The notes below the pieces were generated by a model. That model was not told the origin of the DNA, ran no database searches, and saw nothing but the letters and a program-made list of their open reading frames with translations. DNA of 57,059 bases from Octopus bimaculoides (Eukaryota), in the NCBI RefSeq assembly GCF_001194135.2, contig NC_068981.1, forward strand, positions 121,893,564 through 121,950,622, written 5' to 3'. A program made the position numbers and the translations under genes. Numbering within the stretch: position 1 is the first letter of the stretch; every line of letters begins with the position of its first letter. Below, one piece after another: positions 52,967-57,059 of this stretch.

Positions 52967-55523
52967 GCTTATGTGCATGAATATCTATATAGATAATACA
53001 TATACATATAAGTATATGTGTGTGGGTGCTGCGTGTACGTATACATATATATGATTATAAGGAAAAAGGTTACCTCCAGTGCATAGTCTTCACTTTGAAG
53101 TGCTTCACATATTCAAACCTGAAGCGTTAGAATAATGTAGAAGTAAGAATTAAATTTAGGCAAATCAATTTCACATATACATTTATATTCTTTCAGCCCT
53201 CGAGTCAAAATGCACGAATTTCTCCAAATATGCTTTCAGTACATCAAACGTATTAAAACTATATAGATATATAAAAATATAGCAATAAGCAAACGGAGGA
53301 GAATATTGGCACCCACTTATTGCACTTGGTATAACACTGGTGTAACAATAATTGGATACTCTCCCAGCAGTATATTGGATATATATTACCCCTTAGTGGG
53401 TTGAATCCTCAACCCCTAACTCCCTTAGATACCTAAAAATATATAGAGTAATCAATACATTGAAATATATAAATACATAGATATATGAATTTAAAATATA
53501 TTGAAGAAAATAAATACATACATAAGTCGACTTTCAGATTATAAAACGAAGTGATAAAAAGTTAAGACTCTATAAGATAAAAAAAGATTGAGTGTTACTA
53601 ATCCTGGTAATAATCCTACGGCCGTTTCTGGGAGTTCGGTTTTTCCAGTCATAAAAAAGAAGACAATTACAGTGATTTTTAATCACCACCAACTTCATTA
53701 GGGAAAATACATTTCTAAAAAGACTAACATTTACTGCATTTTTCTAATGCGAATTACCTACTGAGTGTTTTTATAGAATGCAAAAGACCAGGGAGTGGAA
53801 GTGTTTTTGGGCGGTTGGAGGTAGAGCTACGATGCAGGATAAGATAAAGCTTCTGGTGGCTCTATAGGTAGATGGTAAGAGGAGAGGAATGTTTTATTAT
53901 TCAGAAAAAGTTTCAATTGGTATGGTGGCTGGTTCTTGACTCTGTCCAGAATCGTAGTGTGCAATGTTGAGTAAAACTTATATTTGCAAGAGTAGACAGC
54001 GTCGGAGAACTTATTTAATATCCGAGAAGTGGTGTAGACGGAGAATAATTAATGGCTAATTTAAGTATAGCTAGCATTTGCTTATTTTTGTATTATAAGG
54101 GGGAGATACTTTTATTATGACCAAGCCAGTGTATATTGTAAGTTTTGTGATTTAAGATCATGTATGTGTGTCGCTAATCATGTGAATTTGTATATTATCT
54201 CAATGAAAGAATTTAAGTGAGTTCGATATCATCATTTAAAATGAATATTTTGATTTCAGAATTAAAAAAATTTAATATATAAATATATATGAGAATTTGG
54301 TTTGCCTAAATTTGACTTCTACACTATATATNNNNNNNNNNACTATTTGTTTGTGTGCGTGTGTGCGCGCGCGCGCGTGTGTGTGATGCACTTGCTGTAA
54401 TGGTAGTATAAGGAAACTGTAAACTCACATAAAATTCTAATCTTTTCGCTGAACTCAGCTATAACTGTAAATATCTAACAATGTACGTTGTACATTAATA
54501 CATACAACTTCACATAAAATAAATACTGTAACTAATTTCCATTCTAAACGGTAGGACATTCTCAAAGCAAGCACGTACAGAATACCTGAATCTGTACGAA
54601 TTCTATGAACATTGAGTGGAATAATATGTATAAATGATGTTAATGTAACACAACTTGATAGATTATTTTTGATTAGTCGCGAAAGCATAAATCAGCCATA
54701 AATTTCAGTGTGAAATTTGAGACTACGTATTTCTTACATTACAATATTTTATACAATTGCGTTAGTTGAAACGTGAGTTCATTTAATTGAGTTTCTGCAG
54801 GTTGAAATCTTGTAAGGAACAGCTTTATATTATATGAATTTCCAGGTCAATGAATCAAATACCAGACATTTAATAGAGTACGGCTAATCACCAAATGTAT
54901 GAATTAGTTTCCATGTGAAACTTAACAAATTTTAAAGCCAAAAATATTTTAAATTTCAATTTAATATTTGAACAGCATAAGTATATGAAAAAAGAAAGGG
55001 AATTTCGAAACGGCAAAAACAAATAAGAAATATAAACAACATAAGCATAACCATAATAAATATGTAGTACAAATGAAGCAAAACTATCTTAATCTCCTTT
55101 TGTCAATTTAATTCCGACTTTCAAACCTGTAACTGATGCAAGACTAAGTGAAAAGATAAAAAAAAATACTTAGCGGAAGACTGTAAAAAGAAATTATTAC
55201 TACGACTTTTTCGTTGCATAGTAGTACCTGCTTTGTATAATTGCAGCCTAAGAAACTTCTGCCTGTATTAAGTAACAGCTGACAGTATTTTGGCGAGCAG
55301 TTTTAAAATTGACGAATGATGATGCTATTTAACAAATTATAGCTGCTTTTCAGGTATCTTGATCAATGAGATAAAATCGGCTTTAAATTACTCTCAACCG
55401 CCTTCAAAAAATGTAATGACGCATTATATGACGAAGCTTTGGATAACCCTAACGAGTTGAGTTGGGTAAATGGCTGGATATCGATGTTGATTGCTATACT
55501 CAATCACGTCCTTTCAGAGCTAA

Positions 55524-55558
<35 letters not shown>

Positions 55559-55583
55559 GACTACTACTACTACTACTACTACT
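55524..55583. repeat. (CTA)n microsatellite
   Basis: Direct reading. Confidence 0.95.
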
Positions 55584-56362
55584 TGAAGGGATAGAAGCAG
55601 TCTTAAGTAATAAATGCAAGAGCAACGTATTCAACATTCACATTTTTGTTTTACAAGAAAGTGTTATGAAATTTCCATAAATCGATGGATCAATTTCACT
55701 AATTCCAAATGTAGAAATTGTATAGATTCCACCGCGCTTAAATACAAAATCACCACAAACGAGATTTATACTAAGAGAGAAGATACTTCAGTTTCGGGCT
55801 CGAATAATGTCACAACTCTGTTTGGAAGGGATTATAAGATTAACTTGATTCTAATGATTAGTATTCGGTTTATCCAGCTCAAGTTCATTCCTTATTATAT
55901 TTTATAATACACAATTGATTAGTGAGTTCATCTCCAAATATATAGTTTAATGCACTCAGTATATATCGTTGTTAATATGCAGAAGTATCGTAAGTCCAAA
56001 ACGTTGCTTTTTCAGAAAACGAAAAAGTGTTTCACCATTCTATAGCAAAACCATTGTAATCTACCTCGACATTTTTTGCTATTTTGGCACCTTAAGCAGC
56101 TGGATATACGATAGTTTGACCAAAAGAACCGTGTATGTATGAATATATACATACACACATACATGTGTATGTAAACACACACACACTGACCCACACACAT
56201 GCGCACAAACAAACAAAAAGAACGCAGTTCGGATAACGGACGCAATCAACGACTATTGAAAAGGTTGCAAGACGCAACGAAAGTTTTACGACAAATATAT
56301 AAGTAAATGAGTGGAAACTTTAACGGTGAGTGTCTTAATAAGGCACTGAAAGAAAATTACTA

Positions 56363-56411
<49 letters not shown>

Positions 56412-56418
<7 letters not shown>

Positions 56419-57059
56419 ATTATAGTTTCAGCTTAGAGCTGCGGCCATGCTGATGCACCGCCGTGTTGCTACACTGTTATTACAGGGAGCCTCTAACAAT
56501 TTGTGGCACTTGGTGAAGAATGGAGTTAGATTTAGCAACCCTCATTTGCACCGCCTGCCGCGAGGTAGGTTCATCTGGGACTCTCGACAAGAAGAAGTCC
56601 AGCTTTGATTTAAAAACCCCTACATCTACTTCGTGCAGGTTCCTCAGGCTCTTTGGGAGAATATTAAAAAGCTGTGGGCCCTTGAAACCCAAACTGCTGC
56701 AGTAACTGGTCCTGAAGCGCGATGGCATTGCTGGGATCTTAGACACTATGCAGTGTCGTCCCGTTCTAGCATTGATGTAGCTTTCAATGCCAAAATTTGG
56801 CACAATTCCTTCCAGGATCTTCAAGATGTATATTACTGCATGCCTCTCCCGCCTTCTCTCCAGGGAGTAGAGTCTTAGCTGTTTCAACCTTTCCCAGTAG
56901 CTGAGCAGTTGCCAAGAGACAATCTTCTTTGTGAATCTTCTCTGGATTGCTTCAAGGTCTGCTGTTAATTTGACACTGCTGGGTGACCACAGCTGTGAGC
57001 AGTAATCCAGGCGGCTGAGGACGAATGTCTTCCAGAGGATCATCATGGTTTCCTTATCT
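56412..57059 (-). mobile_element. CR1-type LINE: ORF2 C-terminus (188 aa open), 3' UTR and (TAA)n tail; continues beyond the window
   Basis: KTFVLSRLDYCSQLWSP..LEAIQRRFTKKI..LSYWERLKQLRLYSLERRRER..IYILKILEG..QLFNILP..FKSKLD is the CR1 RT thumb/C-terminal pattern; UTR 56424-56479; inserted next to (TA)n. Confidence 0.9.

Overview
AT-rich, repeat-dense animal genomic DNA from a gapped short-read assembly (13 N-gaps, mostly at microsatellites). The SINE families, microsatellite load and 5S sequence resemble a cephalopod/octopus genome (inference). No host protein-coding gene can be supported; almost all listed ORFs are microsatellite, N-gap or antisense artefacts. Recognisable content: two tRNA-derived SINE families (many copies), R4/Dong-type (RT + CCHC + restriction-like endonuclease) LINE remnants, an RTE-type RT remnant, a CR1-type LINE 3' end, a Tigger/pogo transposase remnant and a 5S rRNA copy abutting a SINE head. 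The most notable signal is three separate large inverted-repeat (foldback) structures, each containing a hammerhead-ribozyme core with a palindromic minimal stem III of the dimer-cleaving, Penelope-associated type. Two are head-to-head pairs of a tRNA-headed SINE-like element with a hammerhead tail (1383-2013; 20382-21026), and one is a ~616 bp foldback whose spacer is the ribozyme (39298-39913). All coordinates and alignments were read by eye and ends are approximate.
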